A stretch of 57,245 nt of DNA from Pyrinomonadaceae bacterium (GCA_036389875.1 DASVVZ010000256.1:1-57245); one strand, 5' to 3'; positions 1-8,345 are shown, numbered from the stretch's first letter. Notes: generated by a model not told the origin, from the sequence alone. Numbers and translations are program-made.

Positions 1-2499
1 ACAGAGCATTTCTCCGATCATGAGGTTGACCTACGGAAGAAGCTCGTCGAATGGCTTAAAGCCGAGGGGGTAGAGGTTAGGTGTGACGTAGAATGCGCGG
101 GCGGGGCTGCGGACGTCGTAACGGAGGAAGCGATCTTTGAAATCAAGCACGCGCTTACCCTTGCCGATTTCTATAAGACCTCGAACGATCTGCTCTCTTA
201 CTGGCGGGCGCTTGTCAATTCGGAGCAGCTGGACGATGGGGCCGACGCTATCATCCTGGTTTGTTGTGCGGAAGATTTGAATGCGCTCAAGGCCGCGGCA
301 GACACGGTAGCCGTCATGACGCTGGAAGAGATAATGGTCCCTTCCCCTCCTGAATTCTTCGAGTCTCTCTTAACCCAAGCCAATCAGACAGGCTCAATCG
401 CTGCATTCAGGAAGCTCATTGAAGATAACCAACTCCAGGATGTAACTATTGACAGAAGATTTACCCCGTCACAACGCACCAAGCTCCATGAAGCATTGGA
501 TGCATGTAATGTTTGTGTGTACGCTGGCCTGTCGGATTCTGAAGAGACGAGCGGCATTCTCACACAGCAGATGGATCCGGCCAGGATTAAGACCCACCCA
601 TCGCTTTTAATGCGCGCGCAGGGCCTTGACATAGATCACGTGGAAGAACTGGAGGCGGGCTACAGGGCCGGGCGGACCTACCCTCCTGCTGACATTTTCT
701 TCGACGGTGAAAATTATTGGCTCGCAGACGGAAACCACCGACACGCGGGAGCCACCAGGGCCGGCAAGCTTCTCGACGTTACAGTCCATCATGGGACGTT
801 ACGCGATGCCATCAGATTCGCGCTTGAAGCCAACGTCGAACACGGCCTGAAGCTCACCAACGACGACAAGCGGCTGAAGGTCGTGACGCTGCTATCCGAC
901 CCGGAGTGGTTCAAAGAGAGCGACACCATTCTGGGCGGGATTGCCCATGTTACACAGCAGTTCATAAGCAGCGTGCGCCGTGATCTCGTACCCCTGCTGC
1001 CGGCGCTGGAGCTCAACGAAGGGCAGGAGACGGATGAGACTTTGGCCTCAATGTTGAATGTTCCTGTTGGGCTCGTACGCGTGGTGCGCAGAATACCGAC
1101 GGATGAGCGCGCTTCCCTGACCCAAAATATTTTGAGTGATGACGGGCGCAGGCGCGGCGCCGATGGGGTTGTCAGGTCTATTCCGTCGAAGCCAGCCCAG
1201 CCTCGCGCTGAGGAACCCGAATTATTCTCAGAGGAAAGCGATGCGGCGAATGAATTCGTTGAGGAGACTTCAGCCCAGGCAGCTGAGGCCGCGCCGGCGG
1301 AAAGCAGCGATGAGATCGTCGAGGCCCAAAGGCCCGGCGCAAGTGATGCAGCAGCCGATTCGGTGTCGTCCTCGCCCGAGGCCACCGAACATGGCACTGC
1401 GCTCGCCAAACCTTCCGACGGCGCGCGTGCTGAATCTACCACATCCGGCGGCGGCGAAGCACTCACAGAACAACTCTCGCCGTCATACAGGCTCGCCTCT
1501 CTCTTGAAGAAATGCCCAGAGGGCATGACGACAGAGGAAGTACTGGCGCAGGGCTTCACCATGCATGACATCAACCAGGCCCGGACCGCGCGCGAAATCG
1601 AGCGCCACGAAAACGGGCGATGCTTCTACGTGTGGAAGCCTGCGGACGTCGTCTCGGCCCTCGAAGAATATGGAATGCTCTCCAGACTGGAGCTTGAAGA
1701 TCTCGGCTGCCAGTCCTATGTCATCAACGCGACGCTCTCGGAAGGCCTCATCAGCCAGCCTGAGACTGGCAAATTCACACTCCCCAAAGAGGCTTCCGGC
1801 GACCGTCCCGTGGAGCGAGCCGCTTCCGAATCCCGTCAAGAGACGAGGCCGGAGGCACCGGCCGAGAAGCATCCCGCACAGCAGGCCCCTTCCTCGAGCG
1901 CGCAAGTACAATCGGCGCCCAGGCAGGCTCCGCCCGTCGGGCTCGCAATCGAAAAGGGCCTTAAGAACAGGAAGATGATCATAGGCTTCACATTCATAGC
2001 CGGACTCAAGGGTAAGGTGCAGGCCACGGTAAACGTCGCAGACAACGTGCAGGGGGCAGGGCGTGAAGTCATCCCGCTTGAGGAACTGGTGCTGCCCGAC
2101 CGAGTCCTGAAAATGATTGACTATCAGCTTGGCACCAACATTTTCAATAAGGCAGACACCACCGCGGCTGAGAAAGCGGAGCCCAAGCCCAAAGTCGAGC
2201 GGATATTGGAAGGCTTGAAGGGGGCGAAGGACTTGGAGGCCCTTAACAGGTTGGCCGAGCACTATCACATCGGCAGTTCTAATTTCTATTCGCGGTTTGA
2301 TGCGAAGGACGCCAAGCGTATCACCGACGCGCTGGCCGCGCAGAAGAAAAAGTTTTCACCTGCCTCCAAGAAGAGAGTCTCCACCAAAAAATCCGCGACT
2401 AAGAAGCCGTCGGCGCGCGCGACCAAAGTGTCTGCGAAGAAATCATCCACTAAAGGCTCTAAGAAAGGAGCGCGCTCAAGTACCCGCGCCCGTGCCTGA
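1..2499 (+). CDS. ParB/Srx-like nuclease-domain protein (PRTRC-type) with N-terminal PD-(D/E)xK-like module and Lys-rich C-terminal tail; 5' end probably outside the window
   Basis: Frame 1 has no stop from nt 1 (track ORF starts at TTG 277; first ATG at 316). D-x8-ExK motif ADVVTEEAIFEIKH (112-147). ParB box YWLADGNHRHAGATRAG (DGNHR 727-741). Acidic/Pro/Ala low-complexity centre. Tail KKKFSPASKKRVSTKKSATKKPSARATKVSAKKSSTKGSKK. Confidence 0.75.
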   Translation, partial: TEHFSDHEVDLRKKLVEWLKAEGVEVRCDVECAGGAADVVTEEAIFEIKHALTLADFYKTSNDLLSYWRALVNSEQLDDGADAIILVCCAEDLNALKAAADTVAVMTLEEIMVPSPPEFFESLLTQANQTGSIAAFRKLIEDNQLQDVTIDRRFTPSQRTKLHEALDACNVCVYAGLSDSEETSGILTQQMDPARIKTHPSLLMRAQGLDIDHVEELEAGYRAGRTYPPADIFFDGENYWLADGNHRHAGATRAGKLLDVTVHHGTLRDAIRFALEANVEHGLKLTNDDKRLKVVTLLSDPEWFKESDTILGGIAHVTQQFISSVRRDLVPLLPALELNEGQETDETLASMLNVPVGLVRVVRRIPTDERASLTQNILSDDGRRRGADGVVRSIPSKPAQPRAEEPELFSEESDAANEFVEETSAQAAEAAPAESSDEIVEAQRPGASDAAADSVSSSPEATEHGTALAKPSDGARAESTTSGGGEALTEQLSPSYRLASLLKKCPEGMTTEEVLAQGFTMHDINQARTAREIERHENGRCFYVWKPADVVSALEEYGMLSRLELEDLGCQSYVINATLSEGLISQPETGKFTLPKEASGDRPVERAASESRQETRPEAPAEKHPAQQAPSSSAQVQSAPRQAPPVGLAIEKGLKNRKMIIGFTFIAGLKGKVQATVNVADNVQGAGREVIPLEELVLPDRVLKMIDYQLGTNIFNKADTTAAEKAEPKPKVERILEGLKGAKDLEALNRLAEHYHIGSSNFYSRFDAKDAKRITDALAAQKKKFSPASKKRVSTKKSATKKPSARATKVSAKKSSTKGSKKGARSSTRARA
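1119..1138. repeat. Degenerate copy of the 20-bp palindrome family (GACCCAAAATATTTTGAGTG), inside the parB-like ORF
   Basis: Two mismatches to GACTCAAAATATTTTGAGTC. It is the only copy well inside a coding region. Confidence 0.5.
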
Positions 2500-2540
2500 A
2501 ACACCGCAGAGAGAACAGCATCCGAGGAGGATAAGCATTC

Positions 2541-3020
2541 ATGGCAGTCGTAAAAATTGAAGGTAAAGAAGTGACGCTCCCCGACGAGATCGTCGCGCTC
2601 GGCAAAGAGGCGGTGCGCACGGCTCTTGAGGCTGACTTTCCCGGCGCGGCGAACGCCGACATCCAGATTGAAGGTAAGAAGGGCGGTGGCGCTCCAGCGG
2701 TCGTGACTGTCTCCAAGCGAGCAGCGCCGAAGCAGAATGTGCCGGCACTGGCTGGCAAAGCCACTTCACCTCTCGCGCGAGTCGTCGAATCGCTACTTGG
2801 TGCCCCTGACTATGTAAACCCCGCGATAACGATGGCGGCCGCCTGCCAGTTGGCCGAAACGAGGGGCGACAAGGAATTCTTCGGCCAGATGGCGCGCCGC
2901 GGCGAAATTGAGCGCGCCATCGTGGAGGGGGAGAGAGAGGCTAAGGCTGTACATCGCGCGCTTGCCGTCCTCGGTCAGTCGAAGCCGGCATCGTCTAAGA
3001 CTGTTCCCTTAGGATTCTGA
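2541..3020 (+). CDS. Ubiquitin-like (beta-grasp) candidate with C-terminal extension (PRTRC protein C-like position)
   Basis: N-terminus MAVVKIEGKEVTLPDEIVALGKEAVRTALEADFPGAANADIQIEG resembles small ThiS/MoaD/Ub-like modifiers. GAGGAGG Shine-Dalgarno lies upstream. It sits first in the E2/JAB/E1 cassette. C-terminus is ...TVPLGF. Confidence 0.5.
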   Translation: MAVVKIEGKEVTLPDEIVALGKEAVRTALEADFPGAANADIQIEGKKGGGAPAVVTVSKRAAPKQNVPALAGKATSPLARVVESLLGAPDYVNPAITMAAACQLAETRGDKEFFGQMARRGEIERAIVEGEREAKAVHRALAVLGQSKPASSKTVPLGF

Positions 3021-3023
3021 GAG

Positions 3024-3977
3024 ATGGAAGCTTTAACCACACAGAGCGCGGCCTCCATGCTGCTCGCCGACAAGTCGAAGCTCGGCACGACGGACGCGCG
3101 CTTTTACCTGGCGGGGCGCATGCGCACCAGGACAGCGGCAGGCGCCGTGGAGTATCTGAAGGTACTCTCCACTCATAAGAAGGAGGCTTGGGACGCGCGC
3201 GTAAAACTATCGCTTGACCTGATGAGCATTTACCGCGACCTCTACCCGCGACATTATGCGGCCTCGCAATCGCCAGCTTTTTCGACGGCGCGCGAGCATG
3301 AGTTTTACCGGCTAGTCAACGAGCACCTTTTCCCGCTGGTCGTAGCCGGTGACCGCAGGCACTCGCTCCTTGAGAAGTTAATCGAGCGCGACCCGGACTT
3401 TCTGTTGCCTGCTATCCCCGTCATGGGAACTCAACAGCACGACTGGCTACAACTGGGAGGTTGCTGCCCCTGGGACAATATCCAGCTCGTTTTCCAGTTG
3501 GTGCTGGTACTTGCGGGCCACCCGCTCGGCAGAAGGCATCGCAGCGAGTTTCTCAACTCATACGGGCTGGACGAATCACAGGTCGCGCCGCAATTGGGTG
3601 CGTACGCCTGGACGCACTTCAATTACTGGTGCGCGGTGGCCGGGAACTGGCTGAGCTACCTTCCCCTCGCATTCAAGTTCGTCGGTTACAAGACCGGCTC
3701 GCTATGGCTCGACATTCCGCCCGGGCAGGGGCCCGTGCTGCTGCCCTGGACGCGCCGTAATGTAGGCATGCTCTTCCTCCACCGACGTCAGGCCGAGGAG
3801 ATAAACCAGCAGGTGCTTGACTTCGACCGTTGGCTCCGCGTGACAGGACGGGTCGGCGTCATCCTTGCGATCCAGATGTGGAACGACGCCTACGAGATGG
3901 AGGCCGAATCGGGTCTCACGGGCGTGATGAGGGCGGAAGATTTACAGGACGCTTTAGAGAGGTTGGAGAGAGAATAA
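3024..3977 (+). CDS. Conserved-cassette protein of unknown function (PRTRC protein F-like position)
   Basis: 317-aa ORF starting 3 nt after the upstream stop; its stop overlaps the next start (TAATG at 3975-3979). No motif recognised. Confidence 0.55.
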   Translation: MEALTTQSAASMLLADKSKLGTTDARFYLAGRMRTRTAAGAVEYLKVLSTHKKEAWDARVKLSLDLMSIYRDLYPRHYAASQSPAFSTAREHEFYRLVNEHLFPLVVAGDRRHSLLEKLIERDPDFLLPAIPVMGTQQHDWLQLGGCCPWDNIQLVFQLVLVLAGHPLGRRHRSEFLNSYGLDESQVAPQLGAYAWTHFNYWCAVAGNWLSYLPLAFKFVGYKTGSLWLDIPPGQGPVLLPWTRRNVGMLFLHRRQAEEINQQVLDFDRWLRVTGRVGVILAIQMWNDAYEMEAESGLTGVMRAEDLQDALERLERE

Positions 3978-4726
3978 TGGAAGAGAACCAGCGATTACTC
4001 ATGCCCCGGCAGGACGAACAGTCCTGCCCGACAATTAAATTCTTCGACGGCCAGTTTCTGTTTACGATGGTGACGCTACAGGGCACGAAGATTGAAGCCC
4101 TCCGGAGCGAGGCGGCCGTTCGTGAGGCCTTCACCAACATCCCGGTCGATACGGGCTGGATCAACCAGGACACCACCTGCCGTTCGGTCGTGCGCTGGGG
4201 CGATGGCGGCCGCGGCGAGTGGGCCGTGCTCTACGTACCGCCCGGGCTTCATAAGCTTGAGCTGACGACGGACGCGAAGGCCATTGCCGACAATCTGGAG
4301 CGCATCACGGCGCCTTTGCCCTCCCTCATCTTCTTCGGCGCCGGGACGAAATACTGGCTCTGGGCTCTGAGGGCACCGAAATTCGAACCATACAACGATC
4401 TCATGCGTGCTCCCCTGCCCAACGTCTTCGAGGACGGGGAAGTCTGCTGGGGACCGCACAAGCCACCGGCGTGCACCGGGCGCGCGATTGTGAACGCATG
4501 GGAGCTATTTATCTCCACGACCTTCAGCAACCACGCCGCTTCCGGCAAATCCAGGAAGTATGACGAGGATGTACGCGATGGGCTACGCGAAGCCGCGCGC
4601 TCGGGAGAAAGCCCCTCCTATCCGTCTGAAGACCTTATCCGCTACATGGGGACGGGCCTGAGCATTGACCAGGTGATTAGGGCGTTTACTAAGGATGGCG
4701 AGATTGCGCCCTCAGAGGAAGAATGA
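3977..4726 (+). CDS. E2 (UBC)-like protein, candidate catalytic Cys157
   Basis: Start chosen at the ATG overlapping the upstream TAA. LPNVFEDGEVCWG (Cys codon 4445-4447) resembles the E2 motif HPN..G.IC. Flanked by Ubl-like, JAB and E1 genes. Confidence 0.6.
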   Translation: MEENQRLLMPRQDEQSCPTIKFFDGQFLFTMVTLQGTKIEALRSEAAVREAFTNIPVDTGWINQDTTCRSVVRWGDGGRGEWAVLYVPPGLHKLELTTDAKAIADNLERITAPLPSLIFFGAGTKYWLWALRAPKFEPYNDLMRAPLPNVFEDGEVCWGPHKPPACTGRAIVNAWELFISTTFSNHAASGKSRKYDEDVRDGLREAARSGESPSYPSEDLIRYMGTGLSIDQVIRAFTKDGEIAPSEEE

Positions 4727-5385
4727 TCACGTCGGGTTTCAATTCTTACCAGTTCGCGCTGCGCGGTCAGCCCCTGCCGGAGGTGGATGACTCCATGGCC
4801 GTCTGCTACTTAATCGGCGCAAACGGGGTGCTCGCGCGCTCGCGCCGCCCCGGGCTGGAGGTGGGGTTGCCCGTCGGCGTCCACTTCCAGCAGCTCAGGG
4901 GCCTGGAGCCCGTCACGCCTTACGTGAAGTGGGACCTGCCGCGTGTTCCGATGCAACTGGTAGAGCTAATGCTCACGGTCTCGCGCGCGTGCGCTTCTCC
5001 AGAGCCGACAGAGGCGCTCTTCTACCTGAACCATGGCGAGCCGCATACCAGTGACGCAATCATAAGCGAAGGCGGTTGGAACCTGGAGGCACCGCCGCAG
5101 CGCGCGAGCCGGGAGTGGGTTGAACCCGAAGAGACTGGTGCGGGCTCTTCTACCGAGCGCGCGTTGATAGAAGTCCACAGCCACCATTACATGAGGGCGG
5201 AATTCTCTCCCGGTGATGACACCGACGAGCTGGGCTGGTTCCGGGTCTATGGGGTGATCGGCAACATCTTCGAGAGGCCTGAGTTGCGCGTGCGCGTCTC
5301 ACTCTTCGGCCACGGGTGTGAATGGCCGGCCTCCGAATTCTTTGAACTGCCGACTGAATTAAATGACTGCTTGAAAGGTAACTAA
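4723..5385 (+). CDS. JAB/MPN (JAMM) metallopeptidase
   Basis: Complete JAMM motif H-S-H-x7-S-x2-D in EVHSHHYMRAEFSPGDD (5176-5217), with an upstream Glu (PTEALFYL). ATGA overlap with the E2-like gene. Confidence 0.8.
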   Translation: MITSGFNSYQFALRGQPLPEVDDSMAVCYLIGANGVLARSRRPGLEVGLPVGVHFQQLRGLEPVTPYVKWDLPRVPMQLVELMLTVSRACASPEPTEALFYLNHGEPHTSDAIISEGGWNLEAPPQRASREWVEPEETGAGSSTERALIEVHSHHYMRAEFSPGDDTDELGWFRVYGVIGNIFERPELRVRVSLFGHGCEWPASEFFELPTELNDCLKGN

Positions 5386-5388
5386 GAG

Positions 5389-6351
5389 ATGGGAAAGAAG
5401 GGTAAAAAATTTCAGGGCCGCAAGGCGCAGCCCCGGCCAGTAAAGACGGAGGTGCTCCCCACCCTCGACACGAACTATCTGAAGGCATCGGCGGTAAAGC
5501 TCCCCGACTGGGAGTTCGTGCAGATTGTGCAGGTGGGTGCCGGTGGTGGCGGCTCCTTCATGGCGATGCATATAGGGCGGCTGATGCACTCGCTATACAG
5601 GATGGGCAAAGCCTCGCACTTAACTATCGTTGATCCGGACATAGTGAAGGAGGAGAACGTCGGGCGATCGCTCTTCTGCGACGCGGAGTTCGAGGCCGCG
5701 GTGCCGAAAGCGGAGGCCCTGGCGCGCCGCTACGGCCAGGCGTGGGGCTTGAACGTCAGCTCTTACGTGGGCGAGTTCGACGAGAGCATGATTCTCGGCC
5801 GTGAGCTTACAGTAGTGGTTGGCTGCGTAGACAACGCGCGGGCGCGTCAGACTATCAACGACGTGCTCAAGCACAACCCCGAAGATCCAAACGAGCAGCC
5901 CCCCTCCTTCTGGTGGCTCGACAACGGCAACGTCAGCAACTTCGGCCGCGTGCTCTTAGGCTCGGCCTACTCCGCCGAGCACGTGCGTGGGGCATTCCCC
6001 GAGCCCGGAAAATGCGTAGCACTCCCAAGCCCCGCGATTCAATATCCGGGCCTTTTAGAGCCGCAGCCCGAAGAGGAGGCTGCGAGCGCCGACGGGATGA
6101 GCTGCGCGGAGCGGGCGGCGGCGAACCTCCAGAGCCTGAACATCAACGCCGCGATTGTCATCCAGGCCGCAGACATGCTCACGAGACTCCTGGTCACCAG
6201 AGACCTCAAACGCTTCGCGTGCGAAGTGAATCTGTCGTCGGGCGTAATGAAAAGCTCTTACTGCACTCCCGAAGAAGTGGCGCGCGCATCGCACAAGCCA
6301 ACTTCCTTTCTGACGAAGCAAAACAGGCAGGCGGCAGTAAATTATAACTGA
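5389..6351 (+). CDS. ThiF/MoeB/E1-like adenylyltransferase
   Basis: Rossmann loop VQVGAGGGGSF (5533-5556), then DPDIVKEENVGRSLF and VGCVDNARARQTIN, as in the ThiF/E1 family. Confidence 0.85.
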   Translation: MGKKGKKFQGRKAQPRPVKTEVLPTLDTNYLKASAVKLPDWEFVQIVQVGAGGGGSFMAMHIGRLMHSLYRMGKASHLTIVDPDIVKEENVGRSLFCDAEFEAAVPKAEALARRYGQAWGLNVSSYVGEFDESMILGRELTVVVGCVDNARARQTINDVLKHNPEDPNEQPPSFWWLDNGNVSNFGRVLLGSAYSAEHVRGAFPEPGKCVALPSPAIQYPGLLEPQPEEEAASADGMSCAERAAANLQSLNINAAIVIQAADMLTRLLVTRDLKRFACEVNLSSGVMKSSYCTPEEVARASHKPTSFLTKQNRQAAVNYN

Positions 6352-6441
6352 CCAAAATAAGGTAAGAGTTGAGAAAAAGGGCGCGGCCCCCGTTTGCCTG
6401 TGAAGACTTTCGAGGGCCGCGGTCTATGCCTTTCGGCGTGA

Positions 6442-6678
6442 TTATCGACGCAAGCGTTTGACGGAGCGTATTACCTGCGGAGCGTTTTGCAGCACCAGAC
6501 GGGCTATCTCTGTTACGTTATTGTCGTTCGGGTTGGAGTAAATGCCGTAGATTCCGGTGATGAAGAAGAAGGTCAGGATGGTGAGTCTCAGACTTTCAGC
6601 CAGCATGTCGAAAATACGACGGGGTTGTCGGTTGGACGAGGCGTGGTGGATCCACGTCGCCTTAGATCTAGTTTTCAC
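6442..6678 (-). CDS. Small membrane protein (hypothetical)
   Basis: GTG start preceded by AAGGAAA. One hydrophobic helix, LTILTFFFITGIYGIY. Confidence 0.35.
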   Translation of the reverse strand: MKTRSKATWIHHASSNRQPRRIFDMLAESLRLTILTFFFITGIYGIYSNPNDNNVTEIARLVLQNAPQVIRSVKRLRR

Positions 6679-6910
6679 GATAGTTTCCTTTGCCCCATTG
6701 CAGGGCGGTCTAGAGGGTGTGAGCTACAAACGACACAAGAGGGGCTTGCGGAGAATTGAGGTTGCTCTCAAAAGCTAATGTGCCATTCAGATTAATGACC
6801 GGGAAAGGACTCCCCGGCTAGGCCCCTGAGGGTAAGAGCGCGTGCTCTTTCGGAGCCGGCGGCAAGATAACAATAATTGAACTGCTTGACAAGTGGCCGA
6901 ACGTCAGGTG

Positions 6911-7840
6911 TCACTCGTCGTAGCTGAAAGAATTTACAGGGTTCCTCTCCAGATTCTCCCTACCCTTATCATAGCGCTGCACGGTCTTCGGATCCCTATG
7001 TTTTGTCACCATCTGAATGTCCCTATAGCTATGCCCCTTATTCAGCAGGTGCGTGACGACCGTCCGGCGCAGGTCGTGCGGCGAGACCTTCCCCAGGCGG
7101 CCGTAGTCGCCCCACTTCCCTACGATGTAATGCACCATCCTGGGCGATAGTCCCTTGTCGAATTCCAGGCTCCTGTAATTGACCGTGGGCTGGAAGAGGA
7201 AGGCATCCCCTCCCCCGCTCTTGACTGTCTCACGCCGCTTCTGGTCTAGCCTGAGGCAGTCGTCGATCGCGGCCTTGACGTCCTGCGGGAGCGGCCACTT
7301 CTCTTCCCTACCGCCCTTGACCTTGCAGGTCAGAGTCCAGCGCCCCTCTTCCCACCTCACGCTCGAGGCGCGCAGCGCGCAGACCTCGCTGACTCTCAGG
7401 GAGAGCCGCAACATGACGAGCATCATCGCGTAGTCGCGCGCGCCCTCGGGCTTTGACCTGTCCGGGCCAGCCAGGAGGTGCTTGACCTCCTTGGCCGAGA
7501 GCGCCCGCCCCTTCACGACGTCAGAGTTCCGCGGCGCCGAGACGAGCTTCGTCGCTGCCGGGTTGCGGGAGACCATGCCTCCCTCGCGCAGGTAGTCGAA
7601 GAGCGAGCGGACGACGCAGAGCTTGAAGATGATGGTGGAGTCACGTAGATTGCGCGCGCGTAGGCGGTCCCGCCAGGCGGCCACATGTGCCGGCGTCACT
7701 TCATGAGGCGCAACTCCTCCGACGAACCGAGAGAACTCCTCTACAGTCGCCCTATATTTGCGCCTGGTCTCCGCTGACAGAGACTTCTCTACGAAGAGCG
7801 CTATAGCCTTCTGGTCAAATTTTTGAAGCTCTGTGGACAT
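6911..7840 (-). CDS. int: Tyrosine recombinase / phage integrase
   Basis: Catalytic signature R (LRLSLRVSEV), HDLRRT and H..Y (KHRDPKTVQRY). N-terminal core-binding-like domain. Confidence 0.9.
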   Translation of the reverse strand: MSTELQKFDQKAIALFVEKSLSAETRRKYRATVEEFSRFVGGVAPHEVTPAHVAAWRDRLRARNLRDSTIIFKLCVVRSLFDYLREGGMVSRNPAATKLVSAPRNSDVVKGRALSAKEVKHLLAGPDRSKPEGARDYAMMLVMLRLSLRVSEVCALRASSVRWEEGRWTLTCKVKGGREEKWPLPQDVKAAIDDCLRLDQKRRETVKSGGGDAFLFQPTVNYRSLEFDKGLSPRMVHYIVGKWGDYGRLGKVSPHDLRRTVVTHLLNKGHSYRDIQMVTKHRDPKTVQRYDKGRENLERNPVNSFSYDE

Positions 7841-7992
7841 TCACCATTGCCCTTTCACTATTCACAAATTCCCTTTTGCCTCATAGCTTTTCAGGATAGC
7901 GCCATTTCCAGAAATGCCATGCTAAAAGAAAAGCCAAGCTCTATAGCGGCCTCACTTTTCCTCAATATTTCGCTATTTCTCAGTGTTTTCAT

Positions 7993-8009
7993 GTTTCACA
8001 GGGTTTCAC
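7993..8009. repeat. Two GTTTCAC direct repeats 10 bp apart in the int / 104-aa-gene intergenic region
   Basis: GTTTCAC at 7993-7999 and 8003-8009. Further TTCAC/TCAC motifs lie at 7841-7866. Confidence 0.3.
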
Positions 8010-8030
8010 GCAAGAGTTAAACCTCGGTCT

Positions 8031-8345
8031 TTATTTGGTCGTGATATTAATTATTTTAGATTTCGGATCCCAGCTAATATCGCCTTGGGTAGACCCCGCT
8101 CCCGGATTAAGAGGCTTTCCGTCTACATACACATTCCAAAAGTCTCTATCGAACCAAGTAGAGTGATATCCTCCCGTGCTCATAGACACGTTAGATCTGA
8201 GTACTGCCTTGCCTGTAGATGGATCGTAGAGCTCGAGAACTCCTTCAGCTTCACTAACTCGCGAGAAAACACTTTTGATGTAGCTTGTATCAGCTACCAC
8301 AACTGACTTGCCGACGGGCGTGTTAGTTACGTCTATATCTCCCAT
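8031..8345 (-). CDS. Hypothetical protein
   Basis: 104-aa ORF abutting the upstream rep-like gene. AT-richer than the phage core. No motif recognised. Confidence 0.5.
   Translation of the reverse strand: MGDIDVTNTPVGKSVVVADTSYIKSVFSRVSEAEGVLELYDPSTGKAVLRSNVSMSTGGYHSTWFDRDFWNVYVDGKPLNPGAGSTQGDISWDPKSKIINITTK

Noticed and set aside
789-2268. Two 261-aa minus-strand ORFs inside the parB-like gene.
   Set aside because: They are Ser/Ala/Arg-rich antisense frames of the low-complexity acidic region. The plus frame carries the ParB motif and is continuous.
6404-6417. A partial GTTTTCGAGG-like motif (CTTTCGAGGG) downstream of the E1 gene.
   Set aside because: It has a mismatch, no downstream co-oriented gene, and no accompanying phased tract, so it is likely coincidental.
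6679-6910. A tRNA or attP core next to the integrase gene.
   Set aside because: I could not fold a cloverleaf and saw no conserved T-loop (GTTCRANYC). Only short hairpins are present.
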